From positions 208-64,207 of the forward strand of contig CAZVWR010000009.1 of NCBI GenBank assembly GCA_964630905.1: a DNA stretch of 64,000 nt. The letters run 5' to 3'. Below, piece by piece: positions 31,147 to 40,104 of the stretch. The DNA is from an uncultured Spirochaetales bacterium (GTDB lineage Bacteria; UBP6; UBA1177). The notes under the pieces were generated by a model that saw only the letters and a list, made by a program, of their open reading frames with translations, ran no database searches and was not told the DNA's origin. Positions within the stretch are counted from its first letter, which is position 1; every line of letters starts with the position of its first letter. The position numbers were made by a program, and so were the translations under genes.

Positions 31147-31788
31147 CTACAATATTTCTTTTTCCCCAAATACTTCTTTCACATCTTTTACTGCCTTGAG
31201 CTTATTAAATTTTTCAACTATAAAAAACATAGCCAGAAATAGCCACATAGTGAAACCTTTTATTTTAGGATATGGAATAAAAATAAAAAGAACAGGAATT
31301 ACTAACAAAAACCAGTTTCTAACAAAGAAATTTTTCTGATAATATTTCAATTTCAGTTTCGTTGCATCATAGTCAGGATGCTCAAGTATTTTTTTTATTT
31401 TGTCCGTTTCAATTCTTTTTTCCCTTTCCCGCCATCTTCTAAAAAACTCATTTAAAATCAACAATATAAAAGAAACAGGAAAAACAATATAAATTTCACT
31501 TCTGAACATATAGAGAGAATAGAAAAACAAAACAATTATATACCAGTTCCTGTCAAAGAAACTGATAGGGTAAAAAGAATAAAGATAACTGTTTCTTTTC
31601 TCATAAATAATTAGATCAACAACGGTAAAGAAAAGAATTGTGACAAAAGAAACCATGTATGTTTTCCCCTCACCCCGTGTCATTATACCTAATTTATATC
31701 CTTCAATTAAATTCTCACCTAAAATCTCAACGACAAAAAACAAAGTTAAAGGCCATATAATCCACCCTATTCTGTTTAACACATTCAT
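31147..31788 (-). CDS. hypothetical polytopic membrane protein
   Basis: 213 aa with about 6 hydrophobic segments and a central RRWREREKR loop. No family recognised. Confidence 0.5.
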   Translation of the reverse strand: MNVLNRIGWIIWPLTLFFVVEILGENLIEGYKLGIMTRGEGKTYMVSFVTILFFTVVDLIIYEKRNSYLYSFYPISFFDRNWYIIVLFFYSLYMFRSEIYIVFPVSFILLILNEFFRRWREREKRIETDKIKKILEHPDYDATKLKLKYYQKNFFVRNWFLLVIPVLFIFIPYPKIKGFTMWLFLAMFFIVEKFNKLKAVKDVKEVFGEKEIL

Positions 31789-31827
31789 AACTTCCTCCTA
31801 CCAGAAATACGGACCAACTTCAGTAAC

Positions 31828-33018
31828 TCACTTATAGATCAGATATTTTTCCCTTATTTTTTCAAATTCTTTGCGGCTTATCTCCGCTTTTTTTTCAATT
31901 TGTTCAAAAGGGGTGTTTTTGCGGATGAGATCTTCAAGTTCTTTTGATCCGGTCATGAGAGCGAAATCTTTGGAAATGATTATCTGTTTCTGATAGAGTT
32001 TCAGGAGAGTTTTCAGCAGTTCAATACCGAGCTTGAATGCCTGATTATTTTTTCTGTCGGTAATGCTGATCTTTATTCCGCCGCATTCTCTACCAAAATG
32101 TTTGTGAACTTTAGCTTTCGGGGTGAATCTGACCGGTTCTATTATAAGCCCGGTGAATTTTTGTTTTTTCAGTTCTTCAAACAGTTTATTCTCATCAATG
32201 AAAGGGGCGCCGATAAGCTGAAAAGGTGCGTCAGACCCTCTTCCCATCGAGATATTAACCGTTTCAAGCCATCCAAGTTCGCTGTAAAGAAGAGCACTTT
32301 CAAGAGAGTTCAGATTGGGTGAAGGGGATACCCACGGAAGTTTGGTTTCATCAAAGAGCATTGAACGGTTGTAGTTTTTCATTTTTACTACTGTCAGATT
32401 TGTATTAAGTTTAAAATGTTCGTTAAAAAGCACTGCAAGCTCTCCAACTGTCAATCCATATCTTGTCGCAATAGGGAATATCGAAGTGAAAAAACCGGTT
32501 AGATCTTTTGGCGGCACAAATCCTGAAACTTTATCACCTCCGATTATCACAGGTCTATCAACCACAATTATCTCAATCCCTGCTTTGGAGACGGTTTCCA
32601 TCATATAGCTGAGAGTTGAAATGTATGTATAGTATCTCACTCCTGCATCAGCAATATCATAAAGAACGACATCAATTTCCTTAAGCTGTTCCGGTAACGG
32701 TTTTTTCGTTTTTCCATAAAGCGAAATGACCGGAATATTATCAACAGAACTATTTTGAACAGCTTCGTCTCTATCTGTATGGAAACCGTGTTCAGGGGAA
32801 AATATCTTTTTTACTTTCACCCCGTGCTTTTTTAAAAGTTCAAGAAGAGCTACACCATCTTTATTAACAGCAGTCTTGTTTGCTAATAGTGCAACATTTT
32901 TGTTTTTAAGATATATGAATTTTTCACAATCCATCACATCAAGACCTGTCAGAACAGCTCCGAATGCACAAAAATGAAAAAACAGAAGAAAAAAGAAAAT
33001 AAAATGTCGCATAGTCAC
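31828..33018 (-). CDS. namZ: DUF1343 family exo-beta-N-acetylmuramidase (NamZ-like)
   Basis: 396 aa with a signal peptide. Has TGLDV...VALLANKTAVNKDGV...IFSPEHGFHTD...ISLYG...DIADAGVRYYTYIST. Confidence 0.82.
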   Translation of the reverse strand: MTMRHFIFFFLLFFHFCAFGAVLTGLDVMDCEKFIYLKNKNVALLANKTAVNKDGVALLELLKKHGVKVKKIFSPEHGFHTDRDEAVQNSSVDNIPVISLYGKTKKPLPEQLKEIDVVLYDIADAGVRYYTYISTLSYMMETVSKAGIEIIVVDRPVIIGGDKVSGFVPPKDLTGFFTSIFPIATRYGLTVGELAVLFNEHFKLNTNLTVVKMKNYNRSMLFDETKLPWVSPSPNLNSLESALLYSELGWLETVNISMGRGSDAPFQLIGAPFIDENKLFEELKKQKFTGLIIEPVRFTPKAKVHKHFGRECGGIKISITDRKNNQAFKLGIELLKTLLKLYQKQIIISKDFALMTGSKELEDLIRKNTPFEQIEKKAEISRKEFEKIREKYLIYK

Positions 33019-33026
33019 CTCATTTC

Positions 33027-33056
33027 TTGACTATAAATCTGTTGTTACTTTATAAT
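33027..33056 (+). promoter_or_regulatory. near-consensus sigma70 promoter placed for a leaderless transcript
   Basis: TTGACT (33027-33032), 18 nt, TATAAT (33051-33056). The ATG at 33063 lies only 6 nt after the -10 and no Shine-Dalgarno is possible. Confidence 0.5.
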
Positions 33057-33062
33057 GGACGA

Positions 33063-34148
33063 ATGAGAGTTGCAATAATTTTGCTCACATCATTACTATT
33101 TTCATCACTTTCGGGCGAAACTCCTGTTTTTGAACAGAAAATTATAGAAATCAGTCAGAAAAGTGTTGCAGAGGATTATTTTTCCGCAGTTTCGATTTCT
33201 GTTTTCAAAGACGGTAAAAAGATCGCAAATATTTCGGAAGGATTTATCCATTCAAAAACTCCGGATCAGAAGATCACTGATAAAACCCTGTTTGACCTTG
33301 CATCACTGACTAAACCGATAGTCATGGTGTCTCTTTTCTTTGATCTGGAAAAAAAAGGACTTCTTGACAGGAACTGGACTGTTTCAAAGTTTTTCCCCGA
33401 AATCACAAGGGAGATAACACTTTTTCAGCTTCTGACACATAAAAGCGGACTTTCCGCCTATGCCGATTTTTTCAAACTTGACGGCGGTACTGATCTTGAA
33501 AGCAGAAAGAAAAGGATAATCAAATACATTTCTCAAATTAAAAAAGTGCATTCTGACCGTTATAGCGACATAAATTATATCCTCCTTGGATTTATAATTG
33601 AAAAAATAACAGGCAGAGATCTGGATTCTTCTTTCAAAGAATTTATCAGCAAAAATTATCCCTCAATAAAATCGTTTACTTACAATCCTTTAAAAAACGG
33701 TGTGATCCTTTCAAACATTGTTGCTACTTCTTACTCTGTTCCAAGAAACATCGTAACCTGCGGAGAAGTTGAAGATGAAAATGCCGCATATCTTTCTGGA
33801 ATTTCAGGACACGCAGGACTTTTCTCAACTGCCGATGATGTTTCGCAGTTCTATTCACTTCTTCTGAAAGATCCGGTGTTTAGAAAAGTTATAACCGATC
33901 AGACCGGCTTTGATAAAAAGGAAAGTGAAAACTCAAATTTCGGAGTTGTAGCCGACACAAGTTGTTCGGGTCATCTCGGATGGAGCGGAACGGCATTTCT
34001 GATCTGCCCCGAGAATGATATTGTCATCACAATCCTTACCAACAGAACCCATTCGATAAAATATAAACCGGAAGATTTTACCAACATAAAAACATTCAGA
34101 AGAATCGTTTTTGATTTAATATTATCTGAACTGAATAAAGAAAAATGA
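33063..34148 (+). CDS. beta-lactamase-family (class C/PF00144-type) serine hydrolase, AmiE-like by context
   Basis: About 361 aa from MRVAIILLTSLLFSSLSG (signal peptide). SxxK motif in DLASLTKP. Confidence 0.75.
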   Translation: MRVAIILLTSLLFSSLSGETPVFEQKIIEISQKSVAEDYFSAVSISVFKDGKKIANISEGFIHSKTPDQKITDKTLFDLASLTKPIVMVSLFFDLEKKGLLDRNWTVSKFFPEITREITLFQLLTHKSGLSAYADFFKLDGGTDLESRKKRIIKYISQIKKVHSDRYSDINYILLGFIIEKITGRDLDSSFKEFISKNYPSIKSFTYNPLKNGVILSNIVATSYSVPRNIVTCGEVEDENAAYLSGISGHAGLFSTADDVSQFYSLLLKDPVFRKVITDQTGFDKKESENSNFGVVADTSCSGHLGWSGTAFLICPENDIVITILTNRTHSIKYKPEDFTNIKTFRRIVFDLILSELNKEK

Positions 34149-35557
34149 AAAAGATTACTGCACTGTTTTTTGCTGTTCTTTTATTTTTTCCGGCTTGTGA
34201 TATCGAAAAAAGATCTGTTGCCATTGATGAATCTGTTCAGGATGAAGATGCCGAAATGGTGAGCGATGAAGAAAGGGTTGATGATGAACAGGTGCTTGAA
34301 TTTGTTGAAATAACAATGCAGAAAGTGTCAGGAGATCTGAGTCAGAAAGCAGTTGTTGATGTTACAGAGTTTAAAGTTGAAAGGAATTTAAACCATGTTG
34401 ACACCTCTTTTTTCATTCACATAAACGATTTTGAAATTATTGCAAAAAAGCTTAGAAACGAGATCTTTGAAAAAGGATGTCATGATTGTTCTGAAGACGA
34501 AAATTATCTTTTTGCGGTTACTTCAAAGAATGATGAGTGCTGTGTTTCTGATGAACAGGTGATAAATGAAATTGCAAAATATCTTCTCATTCCGGTAAAT
34601 TCGATGCTCTGGCCCTTTGCTCCACAGGATGAGCCGCATAATGTCGGTCACACAAGTGTCAACATTCAGCACTACACTAATAAATATGAAGAGGCATATT
34701 TTCATCACGGGATAGATGTTATAAAAGATCAGCCCGAAAAGATATTCAACCCGTATGACGGCAGAGTGACAAAGGTCGGATATTACAGGACCGAGGAAGT
34801 GGGGGAGAGCAAATATTATTTTGAAGTTGTCGTGCAGACGGTGAACGGATTGAAATTTGAGTTCCATCACACAGACCCCGAAAGTGTTCCGGATGCCGTA
34901 TACGAACTGGAAGGGACTGATCAAGTTTTGAAAGCAGGTGAAAACACAGGCAAAATTGTTTTCTGGCCGACACCTGATTCTTTCAGCGGAAAGCTTTTCC
35001 ATCACATTCATTTCAATGTCATTACAGAAAGTGGAATAAAACTCAATCCGCTGATCATGATGACTCCTCAGAAAGATGACACTGCTCCTGAAATAGAAGA
35101 GATCTATCTGACCGACCCTGACAGGACAAAAACTCTTTCAACTGAAAATATTAGTGAGGATTTTCATGTTGTAATTAAAGTGCGAGATCTTGCTGATGAT
35201 AAGATCTGGCCTAATCCTCCCCGCTTTTCAAAAATTGAGATCATTAACCTTGATAACGAAGTGGTTTTTGAACATTCGGGTTATGATTTTATTGCGATGA
35301 TGAGTGAAAACATAAATGAGTTTGTGTGTGACTACTATCTTTGTGAAATAGGGGACACCGTTTTTTCAAAAGGGAGCTATTCCGAAAGGGAGTTTTATGT
35401 TGTTGTGACAGCTTTTGATAAAACAGGTGCAAAAACAGATGCAGTAGAGAAAGAGCTTTTTGAAAACGGAGAATATTCAATAAAAGCAACAAGCTGTGAT
35501 GAAGCAGGTAACTGCGGTGAAAAATCAATTGATATAAGTTTTGGAGGTGTTGAATGA
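34145..35557 (+). CDS. lipoprotein with M23-like metallopeptidase motifs
   Basis: 470 aa. Lipobox MKKITALFFAVLLFFPAC and an acidic linker. HxxxD in YFHHGIDVIKD and HxH in LFHHIHFNV. Confidence 0.5.
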   Translation: MKKITALFFAVLLFFPACDIEKRSVAIDESVQDEDAEMVSDEERVDDEQVLEFVEITMQKVSGDLSQKAVVDVTEFKVERNLNHVDTSFFIHINDFEIIAKKLRNEIFEKGCHDCSEDENYLFAVTSKNDECCVSDEQVINEIAKYLLIPVNSMLWPFAPQDEPHNVGHTSVNIQHYTNKYEEAYFHHGIDVIKDQPEKIFNPYDGRVTKVGYYRTEEVGESKYYFEVVVQTVNGLKFEFHHTDPESVPDAVYELEGTDQVLKAGENTGKIVFWPTPDSFSGKLFHHIHFNVITESGIKLNPLIMMTPQKDDTAPEIEEIYLTDPDRTKTLSTENISEDFHVVIKVRDLADDKIWPNPPRFSKIEIINLDNEVVFEHSGYDFIAMMSENINEFVCDYYLCEIGDTVFSKGSYSEREFYVVVTAFDKTGAKTDAVEKELFENGEYSIKATSCDEAGNCGEKSIDISFGGVE

Positions 35558-36153
35558 GAAAAATTACTGCGTTATTTTTGATTTTGTCGGCGATGATAAC
35601 TTTGTCCGGGAGTGAAAAAATGAATGAAACGATGAAAACGATCTTCGCAAGAAAAAGTGTGAGAAACTACAACGAAAGCACAATTCCGAAAGAGACATTT
35701 GAATTGCTGGTGAAAGCAGGAATGGCCGCTCCAACAGCAAGGGACAAAAGACCGTGGGAATTTATAATAATTACTGACAAAGCAGTCTTGAAAAAACTGT
35801 CGGATGCCCTTCCTTATGCGAAAATGGCTGAAAAAGCAGGGCACGGCATCGTTGTTGCCGGAGATATGGAAAAACAGAACGGCGGAACCGATTCGCCTTA
35901 CTGGATAATGGATTGCAGTGCGGCAGTTCAGAACATTCTTCTTGCGGCTGAGTCACTCGGACTCGGAGCTGTCTGGACAGCAGTCTATCCGAATGCCGAC
36001 AGAATTGAACCGGTTGCGAAAATACTCGGATTGCCCAAACACATAGTTCCTCTTGCTTTCATACCGGTAGGCACCCCGACTGGAACGGATAAACCCAAAG
36101 ATAAATTCAATAAAGATCAGATCCACTGGAATAAGTGGAAAGGAACTAAATAA
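35554..36153 (+). CDS. nitroreductase-family flavoprotein
   Basis: Has IFARKSVRNY...AAPTARDKRPWEFIII...GAVW. The real start may be the ATG at 35620 (GGGAG 7 nt upstream). The 35554 start would add a signal-peptide-like N-terminus. Confidence 0.8.
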   Translation: MRKITALFLILSAMITLSGSEKMNETMKTIFARKSVRNYNESTIPKETFELLVKAGMAAPTARDKRPWEFIIITDKAVLKKLSDALPYAKMAEKAGHGIVVAGDMEKQNGGTDSPYWIMDCSAAVQNILLAAESLGLGAVWTAVYPNADRIEPVAKILGLPKHIVPLAFIPVGTPTGTDKPKDKFNKDQIHWNKWKGTK

Positions 36154-37330
36154 GAAGAACTTCCACTTTTGAACCGGATGCTATCTCAGATTCGCCCTTT
36201 TCTATCACGATAATGCCGTCTGTATCGGCAAGAGAGGTAAGATGACCGGAACCGTGATATTCGGGTTTAAAGACAGTTCTGCTGTCTAAAATTTTAACCG
36301 GCACATATTCTTTTCTTTCAACTCTTTTTCTTTTAAGGCCGTTTTGAAGGATCATTTCAACTGAAAGCTGTTTGTGATCGGCATTCATCATTTTCATAAT
36401 AAAGGGTCTGACTATAATTTCAAAGATAACAAAGGTTGAAACGGGGTTTCCCGGCATTCCGAAACAGATCGCTTCGTCTGAAACGGCAAAAGTTGTCGGT
36501 TTTCCCGGTTTTACTGCAACGGAATCAAAAATGATCTGAAACCCTGCTTTGACAAGGGAATAAGCTACAAAATCAAAGTCGCCGGCACTTACTCCGCCGC
36601 TCATGAGAATTATGTCGCATTCGCTTTTGGCGATTTTAACGATCTTTTCGGTTTCTTTCTTATCATCTTTTACTATGCCGTAATATTTTGGAACTCCGCC
36701 TGCTCTTATTACCTGAGCGGACAACTGGCAGCTGTTAGAATTTCTTATCTGGTGGGGAAGAGGTGTTTCAAACGGTTCGACCAGCTCATCTCCTGTTGCA
36801 ATGATGGCGACAACAGGTCTTTTCATCACAACGAGCTTTGAATATCCGTTCGTGGCAATTGCCGGAATGTGTCTAGGCTCAATCACTTTTCCTTTTCTGA
36901 CTATGGTATCACCTTTTTTTGCATCTTCGCCTGTTTTTGAATAATTCTCATGTTTTTTTGCAATTTCCGGTTCTGTGCAGGAAACAAGTCCGTTATTTTC
37001 AACGGCGACTTCGATCATGAACACCATTTCGGCTCCGTCAGGCAGAGGACATCCGGTCATAACTTTGGAACATTCACCCGGATTGATGAACTTTTCAGGT
37101 TTTTTTCCTGCCGGAACGATCTCAACAATTTTGAGTTCATTGCCGATATCATTTTTCCTACAGGCATATCCGTCAACAGCAACACGGTTGAAAGGCGGAG
37201 AGTCTCTATCTGCTGAAATATCGAACGCAAGAACACGATTTATGCAGTCGTTAATGTCAACCGTTTCCGTTTTATCGTACTTTGGAATATGATCCATCAC
37301 GGTCTTTAATGCTGAACTGAATTCTATCAT
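36146..37330 (-). CDS. moeA: molybdopterin molybdenumtransferase
   Basis: About 394 aa from MIEFSSALKTV. Has MSGGVSAGDFDFV and GMPGNPVS. The track start at 37402 is an unlikely extension. Confidence 0.88.
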   Translation of the reverse strand: MIEFSSALKTVMDHIPKYDKTETVDINDCINRVLAFDISADRDSPPFNRVAVDGYACRKNDIGNELKIVEIVPAGKKPEKFINPGECSKVMTGCPLPDGAEMVFMIEVAVENNGLVSCTEPEIAKKHENYSKTGEDAKKGDTIVRKGKVIEPRHIPAIATNGYSKLVVMKRPVVAIIATGDELVEPFETPLPHQIRNSNSCQLSAQVIRAGGVPKYYGIVKDDKKETEKIVKIAKSECDIILMSGGVSAGDFDFVAYSLVKAGFQIIFDSVAVKPGKPTTFAVSDEAICFGMPGNPVSTFVIFEIIVRPFIMKMMNADHKQLSVEMILQNGLKRKRVERKEYVPVKILDSRTVFKPEYHGSGHLTSLADTDGIIVIEKGESEIASGSKVEVLLI

Positions 37331-37421
37331 TTTTTTCTCCGCAAAAAATTCAAATGATATTAACACAACAGTTACTAAAGGCAAGTTGATGTTTTTGTGC
37401 AAAATTCAAGAGTTTATTATA

Positions 37422-37449
37422 TTGACTTGGCGACACCATTCAGTAATAT
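37422..37449 (+). promoter_or_regulatory. sigma70-like promoter candidate for the MNT gene
   Basis: TTGACT (37422-37427), 16 nt, TAATAT (37444-37449). Confidence 0.4.
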
Positions 37450-37475
37450 TTTTAAGAAGATATGAATTTTGATAA

Positions 37476-37814
37476 ATGGTGCAGATGATGTATGGTAAAA
37501 AAGATTTAAGAAAGATAATCGAAATCATTTTAAAACATGTTGATGATGTTGAAAAAATAATTCTTTTTGGAAGCTACGCAAGAAAAGAAGAAAGGAAGGA
37601 CAGCGATATTGACATTCTTATTCTTGTAAGGTCACCGTTAAATAGAACTGCAAAACTTGAGTGGTTGACAAAAACAAGATGGGATGTCGCAAAATTGGGC
37701 TACAAAGCTGATTTTATTATTAAATCCGTAAAAGATTACAAGAGAGATGTCGAGCATCCGACTTTTTCAAAAACCATTTCTCTTGAAGGGAAAATGTTAT
37801 GGGAAGCGAGTTGA
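37476..37814 (+). CDS. minimal nucleotidyltransferase (MNT-type antitoxin family)
   Basis: 112 aa. Has LFGSYARKEERKDSDIDILILV (GS...DxD). Confidence 0.85.
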   Translation: MVQMMYGKKDLRKIIEIILKHVDDVEKIILFGSYARKEERKDSDIDILILVRSPLNRTAKLEWLTKTRWDVAKLGYKADFIIKSVKDYKRDVEHPTFSKTISLEGKMLWEAS

Positions 37815-37902
37815 AAGAATTTGTTCTGAATAAAATCGCTGATACTCAAGATAAGCTGCCGATATAATTAAAAAATAGAGTTTTATAATTAAGGAGCAAA
37901 CA

Positions 37903-38262
37903 ATGAAGATCGGATTTGTTACAATTCATGTGTCAGACCTTGATAAGACGATTTCGTTTTATGAGAATGTCATGGGATTTTCGATTAAAAGACGGTTTAA
38001 GGCGGGGCCTCAGGTTGAGATAGTTTTTATGGATGATGGAAGCGGTAATCAGCTTGAATTCATCACAGGAACGGGTCATTTCGTTGAAGCGAAGGGAATC
38101 TCGATCGGGTTTAATGTTGAAGATATTGAAAAAACACATGATCATCTTAAAAACCACGGTGTCAGAATAGTTTTCGGTCCGGCGACAATGCCAAGCGGAG
38201 TGAAACTTCTTCACGCAGTTGATCTAAACGGTGTCGAGCTCGGATTTGTTCAGGGGATGTGA
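37903..38262 (+). CDS. VOC/glyoxalase-family protein
   Basis: 119 aa starting MKIGFVTIHVSDLDKTISFYENVMGF, a single paired beta-alpha-beta-beta-beta module. AAGGAG Shine-Dalgarno. Confidence 0.75.
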   Translation: MKIGFVTIHVSDLDKTISFYENVMGFSIKRRFKAGPQVEIVFMDDGSGNQLEFITGTGHFVEAKGISIGFNVEDIEKTHDHLKNHGVRIVFGPATMPSGVKLLHAVDLNGVELGFVQGM

Positions 38263-39512
38263 ATCATTTGATCTGACTTTATCCATACGGTGTATTCGCC
38301 GGGTTTTTCGAAAATCTTTTCCCATCCGTTGCCGGGGCCTGTGTAATCGGAGCCGATTGATACTGCAAGTGCTTCTTTTCCTTCACTGTTGAGCACAATT
38401 CCTGCAAATCCGGTGTGTTTTGCTGTAAGGTCGATCCAGCCCGATGATGAAACGATGCCAGCTTTTTTCCTTATTTTTATGAGTTCTGCGATCTCTTCCC
38501 CGAGTCCCCAGTCAAAGAAATCAGGCCAGTAAATACATGGAGTTCCCGGCATTGTGAGGATGAAAGCATAAGCCTTTGACTTGAAATGAGGCGGACACGG
38601 CCAGCATCTCTGCCCCCAGTCATTTGCCGGACACGCCGGAGATGCCCCCATATCGTGATTATCGACAAAAGTGACCACCGAGCTTCTTTCCTCGGCATCA
38701 GATCTTGCATTGAGCCCGTTCTTCAGGTTCGCAGGATCAGCACTGTTGATCGCCCTTTTGAGTATTATGTCAAAGGCACAGCCACAGCTTTCCCTTGCCC
38801 AGCCTAAGATCCTTTTGCCTTCATCAGCACCGTAGCGTTCTACCATCGGATCGTTTGTCATATTCGGAGAATCCTGCCAGTACTCGCCGACAGAGAAATA
38901 TTCGGTTTTTGCAGTACCTTTTATCAGCGACACAACATCATTCACTTCATAACCCCAGACATAATCCCACCGCCAGCCGTCAACACCGCACTCATCCATG
39001 AGCTCGGTCATTGCAAGCCTGAACCTTTCAAAAACTGCAGTATCTTCAATGTTCAGGTCATATTTGCCATCCATGAAAGTTCCGCCGGTGTCTCTGATCC
39101 CCATCGCCCAGCTGTTGCTTGGATAGGGCCAGATGTCTTTTTGCATTCTCGCACCGTCTCTATGATTTGTCACAAGATCGATTATGACTTTTATGTTCTT
39201 TTCATGCAGTTTTGATATCAGCTCTATCAACTGCTTTTTTGTGCCGTACCGCGAATTAAGGTCAAAATCACGCCAGAAATAGCCTTCACCGCCACCGTGC
39301 TTCCCGTTTGACTCCCAGTGCGAATCATCGATCCACGGAGGAGGCATATAAACGATCGTGAAACCCGCATCGGATATCTCATCAACCATACCGGCAAGTA
39401 TCTGATACCACGACTCTTTTCTTCCATCAACAGTGCCGGTCCCTTTCGTTTTCACCAGATTCCAGTGAAAAGCCTGAAGCAGCACATCCCGACCATTTCC
39501 CCTGTTATACAT
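38250..39512 (-). CDS. GH13 alpha-amylase, cytoplasmic
   Basis: 420 aa with no signal peptide. GH13 regions I to IV are IIDLVTNHRD, DGWRWDYVWG, SVGEYW and FVDNHD. Confidence 0.9.
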   Translation of the reverse strand: MYNRGNGRDVLLQAFHWNLVKTKGTGTVDGRKESWYQILAGMVDEISDAGFTIVYMPPPWIDDSHWESNGKHGGGEGYFWRDFDLNSRYGTKKQLIELISKLHEKNIKVIIDLVTNHRDGARMQKDIWPYPSNSWAMGIRDTGGTFMDGKYDLNIEDTAVFERFRLAMTELMDECGVDGWRWDYVWGYEVNDVVSLIKGTAKTEYFSVGEYWQDSPNMTNDPMVERYGADEGKRILGWARESCGCAFDIILKRAINSADPANLKNGLNARSDAEERSSVVTFVDNHDMGASPACPANDWGQRCWPCPPHFKSKAYAFILTMPGTPCIYWPDFFDWGLGEEIAELIKIRKKAGIVSSSGWIDLTAKHTGFAGIVLNSEGKEALAVSIGSDYTGPGNGWEKIFEKPGEYTVWIKSDQMIHIP

Positions 39513-40104
39513 CGATCCCTCCCTTAATTACTCCCCTCAGAGCGTTTGTCAGAAATATTTCACAGTTTTTGAGTTTTTCAACACCGAAATATTCCTCGCG
39601 GACGATTATTCCTTTCAATTTAAGATAGCGGATAAAATATTTTCTGCAGATCCCCGGAAGAATTTTTCCGTCATCGGGCGGAGTGAAGAATTCATTACCA
39701 ATTTTAACAAAAACATTGGTATAACTTCCTTCAAGGATATTGCCGTTGTTTCTATCGATCAGGATCAATTCTTCGTCACTTTTTTCAGTATGTTTTCTAA
39801 ACGGCCAGACCTTTAAATCTCCCTGCGGTTCAATATTCTTAAATCTGATGCTCATCTTCTTTTCTGAATCATGGAATGGCTCAAAACTTATTTGCGGATT
39901 GCCGTAACCATCCATTATCAAACGCATCCTTGCGCTGCCAAGCTTGTTCTGTTCAAGCATTTTAACAACTTCCTCAATCCACACATCTTCATCAAAAGGA
40001 ATGTTCAAAATCTCCGCACTCTTCTTTAAACGGAGCAGATGATCTTCAATCCAAACCGGTTTGAAATCTGCAACCCTTACCGTTGTAAAAACCGAATTAC
40101 TCAA
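39505..40104 (-). CDS. pabC: class IV aminotransferase-fold protein, probable aminodeoxychorismate lyase (short form)
   Basis: 199 aa. Has HLLRLKKSA...ILEGSYTNVF...FFTPPDDGKILPGICR...IFLTNALRGV. It overlaps pabB by 8 nt. It is shorter than the usual roughly 270 aa. Confidence 0.6.
   Translation of the reverse strand: MSNSVFTTVRVADFKPVWIEDHLLRLKKSAEILNIPFDEDVWIEEVVKMLEQNKLGSARMRLIMDGYGNPQISFEPFHDSEKKMSIRFKNIEPQGDLKVWPFRKHTEKSDEELILIDRNNGNILEGSYTNVFVKIGNEFFTPPDDGKILPGICRKYFIRYLKLKGIIVREEYFGVEKLKNCEIFLTNALRGVIKGGIDV

Noticed and set aside
35554-35619. Signal-peptide-like N-terminus (MRKITALFLILSAMITLSGSEK) on the nitroreductase, implying an exported flavoenzyme.
   Set aside because: An internal ATG at 35620 with a GGGAG Shine-Dalgarno gives the normal cytoplasmic start (MNETMKTIFARKSVRNY). 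Export of an FMN nitroreductase is unlikely, so I kept the longer coordinates only as the maximal ORF.
37331-37475. Moco riboswitch upstream of moeA.
   Set aside because: The 145-nt leader read on the minus strand is AT-rich. It lacks the conserved GC-rich Moco-motif helices and looks like ordinary divergent promoter DNA.
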